Assembly: GCA_963745025.1 (NCBI GenBank)
Contig: CAVUWD010000020.1
Location: 192,001 to 256,000, forward strand
DNA: 64,000 bases
Origin: an uncultured delta proteobacterium
GTDB taxonomy: Bacteria > Desulfobacterota > Binatia > JACPRU01
Reading direction: 5' to 3'
The translations under genes were made by a program, and so were the position numbers. This document shows, piece by piece, positions 1-9,577 of this stretch. The stretch's first letter is position 1. The number at the start of each line of letters is the position of its first letter. Below the pieces are notes generated by a model that saw only the letters and a program-made list of their open reading frames with translations, ran no database searches and was not told the DNA's origin.

Positions 1-1
1 C

Positions 2-148
2 CTCCCTCCCGGTCGGTACGTCGTGACCTCGATGTACGGAACCGTCTATCGACGCGTGCAGGTGGAGATCGGTGCCGGCGCGACGACCGAGGTGAGCGAG
101 GACACGTTGCGCCACGCGTCGGCGGTCTTCCCGACGAGCAGCCCGTAG
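2..148 (+). CDS. 3' end of a hypothetical protein (partial, starts before window)
   Basis: Open frame from window start, LPPGRYVVTSMYGTVYRRVQVEIGAGATTEV...SSP, TAG at 146-148; beta-rich Ig/PEGA-like pattern. Confidence 0.55.
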   Translation, partial: LPPGRYVVTSMYGTVYRRVQVEIGAGATTEVSEDTLRHASAVFPTSSP

Positions 149-363
149 CCTGTCCTGCTTCCACGCTCGCCGGGGCGCGGTGGCCCGGGCTTCCAAGAAG
201 CAGCGTGCGGCGTTGCTCGCGGCGGCTGGGGCACGCCGTCCTCGATCATCCTCTTCTGCCCCGCTCCCATTGGCGGGCAGCCGCGGAATACGGAGCCATG
301 GCGATCTAGAGGTCGCCAGCGAATTACTGCGACTGGCGCGTGGCCGACGCCAGCAGCGCACGT

Positions 364-696
364 CTAGCGTTTCTTCTCGATCAGAATCTCGCGGTAACGG
401 TGGCGACCGGCGTTGCGTGCGATGTGCGTTGCCGGCGCACGCAGCCCCTTGTCATCGTTGGACACGAGCCCGTCACCCTCACACTTGAGGGAGAATACGT
501 CGGCGGTTCGTGCCTCGAAGGCGCCGAGCGGAGTGCCCCCCGCATCGAAAACCTCCAGCCTCGAACCCTCGAGAACGTAGAACACGTAGTTCTTGTCGTG
601 CGTATGGCACGCCGTCCGCTCGCCCGGCTCGAGCGCGAACTCCCAGAGGATGATCCGCTCGTCCTCGAAGAGCTTCGTCGTTTCCACGTTTCCCAT
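364..696 (-). CDS. Cupin-domain protein
   Basis: MGNVETTKLFEDERIILWEFALEPGERTACHTH...HIARNAG...REILIE; cupin HxH motif; start moved to ATG at 696. Confidence 0.8.
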   Translation of the reverse strand: MGNVETTKLFEDERIILWEFALEPGERTACHTHDKNYVFYVLEGSRLEVFDAGGTPLGAFEARTADVFSLKCEGDGLVSNDDKGLRAPATHIARNAGRHRYREILIEKKR

Positions 697-885
697 CGGT
701 CTACTCCTCTGCGGGCCAGCGGCCCGCGTCAAACGGAAGATGCCACGGATCGGCGGCGCACTATGGGCGGGCGCGACTCTCACGGCATACCGTCGCGACG
801 TCGCCACCACGTGGGAGTCATTCGAGTCGGCGCGAACGATGACGATTGGCTGTCTACCGTGCGGCCGCTTCGCCGAGCAACGCCG

Positions 886-1290
886 TCAGGCGAGCGTTTT
901 GTTATAGGCCGCGGTCTCGACCAGGGCGGTGTCGAGGTACTCGATGACTTCCGATATTTTGCCGTCGCGGAGACGGAACACGAATGCATAGTCGTTGTCG
1001 TAGGGGAGGCCGTGAATGGTCTTGGCCTTCCCGCGCGCGAGCGCGACCACGCGCTCGCCGTCACCGATGAGCTCCTCTACCGTGAGGACGATGTCACCCA
1101 CGATCTGCTTGCGCCAGGGCGTGAAGAAGTCCTCCACGATCTGCCGCAGGCCGCGGTAGACCCCCGACACCGGGGTGGTCCCTTTCAACGTGTAAACGAT
1201 GTCGTCCGTGAACAGGCCAAAGGCGCTTTGCGCGTCACCCTTTGCGATGAGGTCGAACCACTTCTGAACGGTCTCTCGGCTACTCGGCAT
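886..1290 (-). CDS. NTF2/SnoaL-like (ketosteroid isomerase-like) protein
   Basis: LFTDDIVYT...G.TPVSGVYRG...YDNDYAFVFRLRDGKISEVIEYLDT pattern. Confidence 0.85.
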   Translation of the reverse strand: MPSSRETVQKWFDLIAKGDAQSAFGLFTDDIVYTLKGTTPVSGVYRGLRQIVEDFFTPWRKQIVGDIVLTVEELIGDGERVVALARGKAKTIHGLPYDNDYAFVFRLRDGKISEVIEYLDTALVETAAYNKTLA

Positions 1291-1392
1291 GGGTGCGTTC
1301 TCCCTCTCGTTGGGTTCGGGGTCTAGGAATTGCCGCTGCCAACGTGCGAACCGCCGTCTCGTTCCGCGAATGGTGCAAGCGATGCACCGCTC

Positions 1393-2547
1393 CTAGAGCA
1401 GCCCCGCCCCGAAGATCCAGTGGGCTCCTGGCTGGAGTCGCCCATTCTCGTCGCGTCCGTACCAGACCGAGGCGTTGAGCGCGAACACGAAGTGAATGCG
1501 ACCGTCTTCGGCGATGGCTTGTGCCGGAGGATTTTGGTCGAAGAAGATACTGTCGTTCAGCGTGCCGAGAAGCACGCGATCGCTCGATAGATTTCCCGAG
1601 CGCTGCTTGAGGTAGACCTCGACGCGCCGGCCGTCCGGGGTCATCACCGCTTCGACCTCCACGTTGTCGCGGCCCTGCGGCACGTTGCCGGCGTAGATCT
1701 GCTCCTTGAACTCCATGCTGAAGGACTGGAACACGCGCAGACCGACCCGACGTACGAACGGAGCGAAGCGGTCGGCCTTGGTGTTGAGGAGCGTGAAGTT
1801 GCCCTCGCGGATGTCGGGCAAATAGTCGGGCGTGCCGCGTTGGCCAGGATCTGCCCAGAGCTCGGGACGGGCGAGGGAGGCGAGATCCCGCTTTCCGCCT
1901 TCGGCCGTCTTTTGATCATCTCCCGACTCCCCCTTGCGCAGCGCCGGGTCGCGAGCCAGTTCCGAGGGACGGACGAAGAGATCGCTGAGGCCAACCGTCG
2001 GGGCGGTGTGGGTCGAAGGAGAGGAGGGCTGCGGCTCGGTCTTGGCGACCGCCGAGCCTCGCTCCTTGCCTTGCGCGTCTCCCTTGCTCTTGGTGGCCGG
2101 TTGCTTGTCCGCTGCCGAAGGCTTTGCGTTGTCGAGCTTGGCAGGTTGTTGCGGCGGCTTGGCGGGAGGTGCGGGCTCGCCGCGCTTGATCATCTCCTCG
2201 ATCGCTTTGCTGTCTCGGTCACTGAAGAGACGGGCCTTCTCGGGTGTCTGTTCCGGACTGTCGGGTGGGCTGACGATCTGGTTCTTCGGCGGCGGTACGG
2301 CTTCCTCGGCCGGTGCCGGCGGAGCCTTCTCGGCGGGCTTGGCCTGCGCCTGCGACTGTGCTTTTGCCGATGCGCTCTCCTGCGGCTGCAGCAGCGCGAC
2401 CTCGAAGGGGGGGGACGCGGGCTCGACCGAGCGCAGCGCGCGAACGGCGAACATCAGGACGAGGAGCGCGTGAATCAGGATCGACAGCGCGAACGGGAGA
2501 AACAAGCTCCCCTGGCGATCCAGCGAAACGTCGGCCGTGTTCGCCAT
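1393..2547 (-). CDS. TonB-like energy transducer / membrane-anchored Pro-rich protein
   Basis: N-terminal TM helix with SxxxH motif (ALSILIHALL), long Pro/Lys/Ala linker, globular C-terminal domain. Confidence 0.6.
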   Translation of the reverse strand: MANTADVSLDRQGSLFLPFALSILIHALLVLMFAVRALRSVEPASPPFEVALLQPQESASAKAQSQAQAKPAEKAPPAPAEEAVPPPKNQIVSPPDSPEQTPEKARLFSDRDSKAIEEMIKRGEPAPPAKPPQQPAKLDNAKPSAADKQPATKSKGDAQGKERGSAVAKTEPQPSSPSTHTAPTVGLSDLFVRPSELARDPALRKGESGDDQKTAEGGKRDLASLARPELWADPGQRGTPDYLPDIREGNFTLLNTKADRFAPFVRRVGLRVFQSFSMEFKEQIYAGNVPQGRDNVEVEAVMTPDGRRVEVYLKQRSGNLSSDRVLLGTLNDSIFFDQNPPAQAIAEDGRIHFVFALNASVWYGRDENGRLQPGAHWIFGAGLL

Positions 2548-2675
2548 GTCCGGGCAAGTCTAACCAAAAGCGCCCACACTGGCTAGGCGGTGGCTAGGCA
2601 GCCCCGTCCGTTGGCCCCGTCCGTTGCCTTGCAGGCCGCCCGGGTTGCGGCTACTGTCCACGGTGAGGGCGAAGC

Positions 2676-2876
2676 ATGTTCGGACTCGGTTTTGGCGAGC
2701 TGATGGTCATCCTGTTGATCGTCGTCGTGGTGTTCGGCGCCGGAAAGCTCGGCGACGTCGGCGGTGATTTCGGGCGAGCCATCCGCAATTTTCGCAAGGC
2801 TCTCAACGAACCGGAAGCGATCGACGTGACGCCGAAGGCCGGGGAAGCGAAAGAGGAAGAGGCGGAGAAGAAGTAG
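2676..2876 (+). CDS. tatA: Twin-arginine translocase TatA/TatE subunit
   Basis: [25 protein letters not shown]...[10 protein letters not shown]. Confidence 0.9.
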   Translation: MFGLGFGELMVILLIVVVVFGAGKLGDVGGDFGRAIRNFRKALNEPEAIDVTPKAGEAKEEEAEKK

Positions 2877-2890
2877 AGCGGGCCTTACGG

Positions 2891-3910
2891 TCAGGACGTC
2901 GATGCCTGCGCCGCCGCCACCCTCGTCGTGAACTCCTTCAAACCGCGCGGCGCATTCAGGAACACGACGCTGAACCCCGCCGACTCGCCCGGGCGGATTT
3001 CGAAGCGTTTGGGCGGCTCGAGGCGCTGGAGAAGCGAGATTTCCTTCGTCGATAGATCTTTGACGATCTTCAGCGACATCGCGTTGCCGCAGTAGATGCT
3101 CTTGGTCTCTACCGGCTTACCGTTCTGGTCGTAGATGGCGCTCTCGATCTGCACGCCCTTCAGCGACTCGGCCGAAGTGTTGACCGCACGCCCGGAGACG
3201 ATGAACACGAAGCGGTCGTCCTTGATCTGCTGATAGGCGCCCTCGACGTCCTGCAGCTGCACGCGGGTCTGCAGCAGATGATCCTCTGCCAGCATGTTGC
3301 CGATGATCGGCACGCTCGCGAGCAGCTTCGTGGCCTGGGCCGGATGGTTGAGCAGATCGAGTGCGAGGATCGCGTAGAGGATGACGAGAATCGTGAGGTA
3401 CAGAAGATACGGTCGACCGGGGTCGCGTCCGCTCTCCTCCGCCCCGCGCAGTGGCTCCTCGCCGCGCACGAAGCGAGGCTCATCGTCTGCGACGTCGTGC
3501 TCGGCATCGAACGCGTCGGAGGGGTCGTCCTGCTCATCGTCTTCGGCGAAGGAAAAGTTGCGATCCGCTGGCGGCGTTTGCGGAGAGAAGGCACGCGGCG
3601 GCTCGCCGTCGCTCTCGCTCTCTTTGCCCTCCGTAGGGCTCGACCGTGAAAACGAGAACGATAACGAATCGACGTCGCGGCGCTCGGCCGCCTTGCGCGG
3701 CTCCACTCGAGGCAGCTCCGACGGTTGCGGCTCGGAGGCGGGAGGAGGCGCCGCCTGCGCGGGTTCGAGGGGCCCCGGCACTTCGCTCGTGCTCTCCGCC
3801 TCGTAGGCGAAGATATGGCTGCAGCGCGAGCACTTGAACGTCTGATCGCGCTCGAGAACGCCCGTCTCCATACGGTAGCGAGCCCGGCAGCGCGGGCATT
3901 CGACGATCAA
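2891..3910 (-). CDS. MJ0042-type zinc-ribbon / DUF3426 membrane protein
   Basis: N-terminal CPRC...CSRC, acidic linker, one TM helix, C-terminal periplasmic beta domain. Confidence 0.8.
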   Translation of the reverse strand: MIVECPRCRARYRMETGVLERDQTFKCSRCSHIFAYEAESTSEVPGPLEPAQAAPPPASEPQPSELPRVEPRKAAERRDVDSLSFSFSRSSPTEGKESESDGEPPRAFSPQTPPADRNFSFAEDDEQDDPSDAFDAEHDVADDEPRFVRGEEPLRGAEESGRDPGRPYLLYLTILVILYAILALDLLNHPAQATKLLASVPIIGNMLAEDHLLQTRVQLQDVEGAYQQIKDDRFVFIVSGRAVNTSAESLKGVQIESAIYDQNGKPVETKSIYCGNAMSLKIVKDLSTKEISLLQRLEPPKRFEIRPGESAGFSVVFLNAPRGLKEFTTRVAAAQASTS

Positions 3911-4050
3911 CGAGGACCTCTCACTTCGAGCCGAATTGTAGAGGACGGCGGAGACAATTCAACCCACGGTCGCATGCGTAGCTCAGGGAGCAAGGAGCAT
4001 GCGTCATGGATCGCTCCCGTTGGTCGCGATCCCGGCTCCGGCCGTGCAGG

Positions 4051-6576
4051 CTACTGAGCAAGCGCCGAGGCGTCGAGCACGACGAGGTGGCCGGCCGTGA
4101 GATCCGACACGAAGACCCGGCCGTCGGTTGCGACCGCGACCCCAGTCGGGCGGCCGAGAGTGACCGATCCGACGGCGCCGTCGATCGACTTCTTGAGCGT
4201 GCCGAGCGGGTCGTAGGCGTTCACGCGGTGGTTGAACGAGTCGGTCACCCAAAGGGTGCCGGTATGCACGGCGAGATACGGCTCCGAATAGAACTCCTGC
4301 CATCCGAACACGGTCCAGACGCCGCGGAATTTTCCGTCGAGATCGAACGACTGCACGCGATGATTGCCGGTGTCGGCGACATAGAGAATCTTCGTCTGCG
4401 GATCGACCGCAAGGCCCACCGGCTCGACGAACTTACCGGGCTCGCTTCCTTCTCCGCCGAAGGCGAGGAGCTTTTGCCCCCCGGGGTCGTAGGCGAGGAT
4501 GCGTTTGTTGCCGGTATCGGCGACGAAGATCGCGCCGTTCGGGGCCACGGCGACCGACCGCGGACCCCAGAATCCGGGATTCTCTTCGTGCCAATCGAGA
4601 ACGAAGCGCCCGTCCGCGTCGAGCTTCTCGATGCGGTGGTTCCACGTATCGGCGACGTAAATGGATCCGTCGGATGCCGCGGCCACTCCGCAGGGCTGGC
4701 GGAATTGGCCGGGCCCGTCGCCGGGGCCCGGCCCTCCCCAGACCGCGAGCACTCGACCGTCAGGCGCGAGCTTCTGGATGCGGTTGTTCTCGGTGTCGGC
4801 GACGAGCAGGTTGCCGTCGCGATCGAAGGACAGGCCGCGGGGCGAGGCGAACTGCCCGGGAGACGCGCCAGGAGCGCCGATCACGCGCCCGCCGGTCTGC
4901 GCGGCGCTCGCCACGTACTCGCGGGCGGCCGGTGCCGGGCGGAGCGTGACGGGCGGCAAGACCTTGTGAGGCGCGAGATCGTTGGCGACGAACATGACGG
5001 CGTCGGTCGTGCCGGTGGGACTCCACACCCGACGCGCGAGCAGGAAGCGAAGCAAGACCTGCGGCGTCATCTTCTGCCAGTCGATCACCCACCAGCCGCG
5101 CACGGCGAAGCGCGTAGCCGTGTAGCGGCCGCCGAGGTCTTTCTCCAGCCGCGTCGCATCGCCCGGATCGACGATCAGGATCGGCGCGCTGGTCTCCTTG
5201 GGCAGCGAATTCCACCACACCGGATAGCCGCGCAGATACCAGCTGAGCGGCCAGGTGGCATCGCCGACGACGACCATCGGCGTTTCTTTCCCCGTGCCGA
5301 GCGTGCGGCCGACCTCCTCGATCTTGGCCACGATCTTCGTAATGTCGTACGTCGATTGCACGTAGACCAGCGGCTCAAAATGCGCCTCGGCGGGCGGCTC
5401 CGTCATGCGCAGGGCGTCGTAGAGGAAGTTCGACGCGACCAGCGACCAGACGCTGAAGGCGGCGAGCGGCGACCACCAGAGAAGCCGGCCGAGCTTCTGC
5501 CGCGCGAAGAAGTGAGCCGCGAGCACGGTTTGCGGCAGCAGCACGGGCACGAGCAGCCAGGGCACCTTCTCCTGCGCCCAGGCGTAGAGCGCGAAGGCGA
5601 GCAACGTCCACGCGAGAAACAGCACGTCCACCCGCGTCGCGGCGCCGCGGCGCACCCACGAGACGATCGTGGCGAGCGCCGGAAAGAAGATCAGCGCTTC
5701 GTAGCCGAGCTCGAGCGGCAGGTAGTACCACCAGGGGCCGCCGATGCGTGGTTTCTCGTGCATCCCCCACCAGTAGCGTAGGGCGCGCGCGGTCGCGTTC
5801 CATTCGTCCGGGCGCGTGAGCAGCGAGGTGTACAGCACCAGCGCGATCGTCAGCGCGATCACCACCCCCGTGGCCACGGGAATCCACGACCGCTTGGTCC
5901 AGGCGAGCACGTCGCGCGCCCATGCGACCGCACGGGCGCCGAGCGTCGAACGGGAGCCGCGGATCGGGCCGATGCCGACGAGCCAGAGCGCGTTGGCAAA
6001 GATGAAGGCGCTCAGATAAATGTCCTCCTTGGTCGCCGCGGCGAAGCCGATCGCGACGCCCGCGAGGTAGGCGTGGCGGCGAAGGCCGCTACGGATGAAA
6101 TACAGGAAGGCGACCAGCGCGGCGAACGTGAAGAACGCGATCGGGACATCATGGCGTAGAGAACGGGAGTAGTAGCCGAAGGTGGGAGAGAGGGTCACGA
6201 GCGTCGCATAGAACAGTGCTTCGCGTCGCCCGATCAGCGTGCGCAGCGGCCAGGCCAACGCCACGAGCCCGAGCCCGCACACGGCCGGCAACAACCGCGT
6301 CGAGGCTTCCGATTGGCCGAACAACCATTCGAAGGGCGCCGTCAGGTAATAGAGAGCCGGACCGTGATAGACGGGATCGTAGCGGTAATCCGAGGGCCCG
6401 ATGGTGAAGATTCGCCAGGAATAGTACGCGTGGATCGACTCGTCGTGGTGGAGCGGACGGTGGCCGAGCCAGAGAAGGCGCAGCACGCCGACGAGGACCA
6501 GCAGCGAAAAATAGAGCAGGTGCTCGAGTCGCAGACGCCAGAAGATCGGCCGATCGAGATCGAAATGGTTCTGCAT
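4051..6576 (-). CDS. TIGR03663-family GT-C-like membrane protein fused to NHL-repeat beta-propeller
   Basis: HHDESIH...YRYDPVYHGP, KEDIY, EKVPWL and YVQS motifs; many TM helices; C-terminal NHL repeats (PRGLSFD...VADTENNRIQK). Confidence 0.8.
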   Translation of the reverse strand: MQNHFDLDRPIFWRLRLEHLLYFSLLVLVGVLRLLWLGHRPLHHDESIHAYYSWRIFTIGPSDYRYDPVYHGPALYYLTAPFEWLFGQSEASTRLLPAVCGLGLVALAWPLRTLIGRREALFYATLVTLSPTFGYYSRSLRHDVPIAFFTFAALVAFLYFIRSGLRRHAYLAGVAIGFAAATKEDIYLSAFIFANALWLVGIGPIRGSRSTLGARAVAWARDVLAWTKRSWIPVATGVVIALTIALVLYTSLLTRPDEWNATARALRYWWGMHEKPRIGGPWWYYLPLELGYEALIFFPALATIVSWVRRGAATRVDVLFLAWTLLAFALYAWAQEKVPWLLVPVLLPQTVLAAHFFARQKLGRLLWWSPLAAFSVWSLVASNFLYDALRMTEPPAEAHFEPLVYVQSTYDITKIVAKIEEVGRTLGTGKETPMVVVGDATWPLSWYLRGYPVWWNSLPKETSAPILIVDPGDATRLEKDLGGRYTATRFAVRGWWVIDWQKMTPQVLLRFLLARRVWSPTGTTDAVMFVANDLAPHKVLPPVTLRPAPAAREYVASAAQTGGRVIGAPGASPGQFASPRGLSFDRDGNLLVADTENNRIQKLAPDGRVLAVWGGPGPGDGPGQFRQPCGVAAASDGSIYVADTWNHRIEKLDADGRFVLDWHEENPGFWGPRSVAVAPNGAIFVADTGNKRILAYDPGGQKLLAFGGEGSEPGKFVEPVGLAVDPQTKILYVADTGNHRVQSFDLDGKFRGVWTVFGWQEFYSEPYLAVHTGTLWVTDSFNHRVNAYDPLGTLKKSIDGAVGSVTLGRPTGVAVATDGRVFVSDLTAGHLVVLDASALAQ

Positions 6577-6764
6577 TCGGGGGTCGCCGGTTCTTAGATG
6601 GTGCCTACCCGCGAGTCAATTCTGCGCGCAGCGGATCGTTCCGGGACCTCGCGAAGGGGGCGTTGCGGCCCTGTGCCGATCGTTCCTTCACAGATGATTC
6701 CGAAGCGACGGAAGCGATTCCGGTGAAGCGGCGGCGTCCCCTCGGCGCGGCATCGATCGCCCGA

Positions 6765-7493
6765 ATGACCCACTACCCACTCATGACCTCGGTCGTCTTT
6801 CCCTGTTTCAACGAGGAAGCAAGAATTTTGCCGACCCTCGAGCGCGCCGTTGGCTTTCTCGAGGGTCGTGGCGCGCGCTGGGAGATCGTCGTCGTCGACG
6901 ATGGCAGCCGGGACCGGACGAGCGAGCTCGTCCGCGCCCGCTTCGCCGCCCTGGCCGCGGTTCGAGTGCTGCGTTACGAGACGAACCACGGCAAGGGCTT
7001 CGCCGTGCGCGAAGGTGTCTTTGCCAGTCGGGGCGAGCTCGCGCTCTTCAGCGATGCCGATCTTTCGACGCCGATCGAGGAGCTCACCAAGCTGGAGGCC
7101 AAGGCGGGTGAGGGCTTCGACGTCGTGGTGGCGAGTCGCGTGGTCGCGGGCGCCCGCATCTTGACGCCGCAACCGACCCGTCGGCGAGTTTCGGGGCTGG
7201 TGTTCCGTTCGCTCGTTCGCGGCCTCGGGCTGAGCTCTCTCCACGATACGCAGTGCGGCTTCAAGCTGCTGCGGCGCGCGACCGTCGAGCCGATTCTGCG
7301 CGCGATCGAGACCAATGGATTCGCCTTCGACGTCGAGCTGCTGGCCCGAGCCGAGCGCGCCGGGCTCCGCATCGCCGAGGTGCCGGTCGATTGGAGCGAC
7401 GCGAAAGGGAGCAAGGTGCGGCTGTTCCCCGACGCGCTGCGTATGGCCAGCGACCTCATGCGCATGCGGCTTCGGCTGGCGACGCCGAGCTGA
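6765..7493 (+). CDS. GT2 polyprenol/dolichyl-phosphate glycosyltransferase (DPG synthase-like)
   Basis: VVFPCFNEE, VVDDGSRD, NHGKGFAVREG, FSDADLSTP, DTQCGFKL, GFAFDVELL. Confidence 0.9.
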   Translation: MTHYPLMTSVVFPCFNEEARILPTLERAVGFLEGRGARWEIVVVDDGSRDRTSELVRARFAALAAVRVLRYETNHGKGFAVREGVFASRGELALFSDADLSTPIEELTKLEAKAGEGFDVVVASRVVAGARILTPQPTRRRVSGLVFRSLVRGLGLSSLHDTQCGFKLLRRATVEPILRAIETNGFAFDVELLARAERAGLRIAEVPVDWSDAKGSKVRLFPDALRMASDLMRMRLRLATPS

Positions 7494-7521
7494 GCGCATT
7501 CGAGCGCCTCGGATTCCGAAA

Positions 7522-9567
7522 GTGAATCTGCTGGTGATCCTCTCCTACTATCACCCGCACTGGACGGGGCTCACCGCGCACGCGCAGCGGGTGGCCGAGG
7601 GCATGGCGGCCCGCGGCCACCGGGTGACGGTGCTCGCGCTGCAACACGAGCCTTCGCTCCGCCCGGAAGAGACGGTGAACGGCGTGCGCATCGTTCGCGT
7701 GAAGCCGATTGCGCGCGTCAGCCGGGGCATGATCGCCCCGATGTTTCCCGCCGCCGCCGTGCGCTTGATCGCCGCACACGACGTCGTCCAAATCCACACC
7801 CCGCTCCTGGAGTCGCTGCTGGTCGCGCTTCTCTGTCGGCGCGCCCGCCGACCGCTCGTGCTCACGCATCACGGCGATCTCGTGATGCCCGCAGGCGCCG
7901 GGAATCGAATCATCGAGCGCATGGTCTCGGCGTTCATGAGCCAGGCGGCGCGACTCGCCGATCGGGTCACCGCCTATAGCCGCGATTACGCGGAGAACTC
8001 CGACTTTCTCTCCGCCCTCTATCCGAAGCTGTCGTACATCTATCCGCCGGTCGACATTCCGGAGCCGGATCGAGATGCGGCCGCGCGCTGGCGCCGCGAG
8101 CTCGGCCTCGAGGGCAAGAGACTGGTGGGCTTCGCCGGCAGGTTCGTCGAAGAGAAGGGCTTCGACTATCTACTGCGCTCGATCCCTCGCCTGGTTGCCG
8201 CCGAGCCGGCGGCGCACCTCGTCTACGCCGGCGAGCACCGCGTCGTTTACGAGCGGTTCTACGACCGCTGCCGTCCGCTGCTGGACGCCCATGCCGATCG
8301 CGTTTCCCTCCTCGGCCTGGTGCGCGATCGCGATCGACTGGCGAGCTTTTACGCGATGTGCGACGCCTTCGCGCTGCCCAGCCGAACCGACTGCTTGGGC
8401 CTTGTTCAGATCGAGGCCATGCTCTGCGGAACGCCGGTCGTCGCACCGGACATCCCCGGGGCCCGCGAGCCGGTCCGGCTCACCGGCATGGGCCAGCTCG
8501 TCGCGCCGCACGATCCCGAAGCCCTCGCCGACGGTCTGATCGCGGTCTTGGGTGAGCCGTTGCGATACAGACGAAATCCGCAGGAGATCCGCGCGCGCTT
8601 CTCGATCGAGCGAACGCTCGACGAGTACGAAAGCTTGTTCAGGGGTGCGATGGGACGCCAGCGCGACTCGCCGGCTGCATCGCCCCGGCCGCCGTCGAAC
8701 GGAAGCCCGCCCTCGCTTGCCGAAGCCGACGACCGTGTCGTCGATCGCCAATTGCGGAACGAAGTGGACATGGCGTTTCGGCGCCGGGCCCGCATGCTCC
8801 TCGAGTACCTCGATCCGGCCGACGGTGAACGCATCTTCGACTGCGGCTGTGGTATGGGGTTCTATCTCATGGCGATGGCCAAGCTTCGCCGCTTGCGGCT
8901 CGTCGGTCTGGACGAGAGCCGGGAGCGGCTGCGTTGGGCGTCGCGTGCAGCGGCTCCCGCCGCCCTCGTTCAGGGGGACATCGAGTGCCTGCCGCTGCGC
9001 TCGGCATCGGTTGCAAAGGTGCTGATGTCCGAAGTGCTCGAGCATCTGCGCGACGACCGCGCGGCTCTGCTAGAGGTGCATCGCATCCTCGAGCCGGGCG
9101 GGGTGGTGGCGATCTCGGTGCCGCACGCCAACTATCCGCTGCTCTGGGATCCGCTCGGCCGCCTGTGGGCCGGTCTCGGCGGGAGGCCCATTCGCCGCGG
9201 CCCGCTGGTCGGGATCTGGACGGGCCACCGTCGCCTCTACTGGCCCGACGATCTCGCGCGAAGAGTCACCGAAGCCGGGTTCGCCATCGAGCAGCTCGAA
9301 GAGGCGACTCATTACTCGTTTCCGCTCGAGCATTTTCTCGTCTACGGCGTCGGCAAGCCGCTCTTCGAGCGCGGGCTCTTGCCGGGCCCGCTCCGGCGCA
9401 GCGCGGATCGCTTCGCTGGTGAGCGTAACTCGGGTAGCCGCCTCGACCCGCTCAACTGGGTGCGCGCGGTATTTCGCCGGATCGACCGGTTGAATGAGCG
9501 GCCCGAGACGGCTCGCAGCCGAACCTTCGTCAACGTCCTCGTCAAGGCGCGAAAGCCCTTGCCCTGA
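7522..9567 (+). CDS. GT4 glycosyltransferase fused to class I SAM methyltransferase
   Basis: N-half FAGRFVEEKG, ALPSRTDCLGLVQIEAMLCGTPVV; Pro/Ser linker; C-half DCGCGMG, SEVLEHL, EVHRILEPGG; GTG start at 7522. Confidence 0.85.
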   Translation: MNLLVILSYYHPHWTGLTAHAQRVAEGMAARGHRVTVLALQHEPSLRPEETVNGVRIVRVKPIARVSRGMIAPMFPAAAVRLIAAHDVVQIHTPLLESLLVALLCRRARRPLVLTHHGDLVMPAGAGNRIIERMVSAFMSQAARLADRVTAYSRDYAENSDFLSALYPKLSYIYPPVDIPEPDRDAAARWRRELGLEGKRLVGFAGRFVEEKGFDYLLRSIPRLVAAEPAAHLVYAGEHRVVYERFYDRCRPLLDAHADRVSLLGLVRDRDRLASFYAMCDAFALPSRTDCLGLVQIEAMLCGTPVVAPDIPGAREPVRLTGMGQLVAPHDPEALADGLIAVLGEPLRYRRNPQEIRARFSIERTLDEYESLFRGAMGRQRDSPAASPRPPSNGSPPSLAEADDRVVDRQLRNEVDMAFRRRARMLLEYLDPADGERIFDCGCGMGFYLMAMAKLRRLRLVGLDESRERLRWASRAAAPAALVQGDIECLPLRSASVAKVLMSEVLEHLRDDRAALLEVHRILEPGGVVAISVPHANYPLLWDPLGRLWAGLGGRPIRRGPLVGIWTGHRRLYWPDDLARRVTEAGFAIEQLEEATHYSFPLEHFLVYGVGKPLFERGLLPGPLRRSADRFAGERNSGSRLDPLNWVRAVFRRIDRLNERPETARSRTFVNVLVKARKPLP

Positions 9568-9577
9568 CCGCCTGCCG

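Noticed and set aside
4006-5781. Long antisense or alternate-frame ORFs (also 340-1326, 18418-19767, 26795-28558, 27304-28881, 31334-32884 and others)
   Set aside because: Shadow ORFs of real genes, expected from high GC3; Arg/Ala/Pro-rich with no motifs
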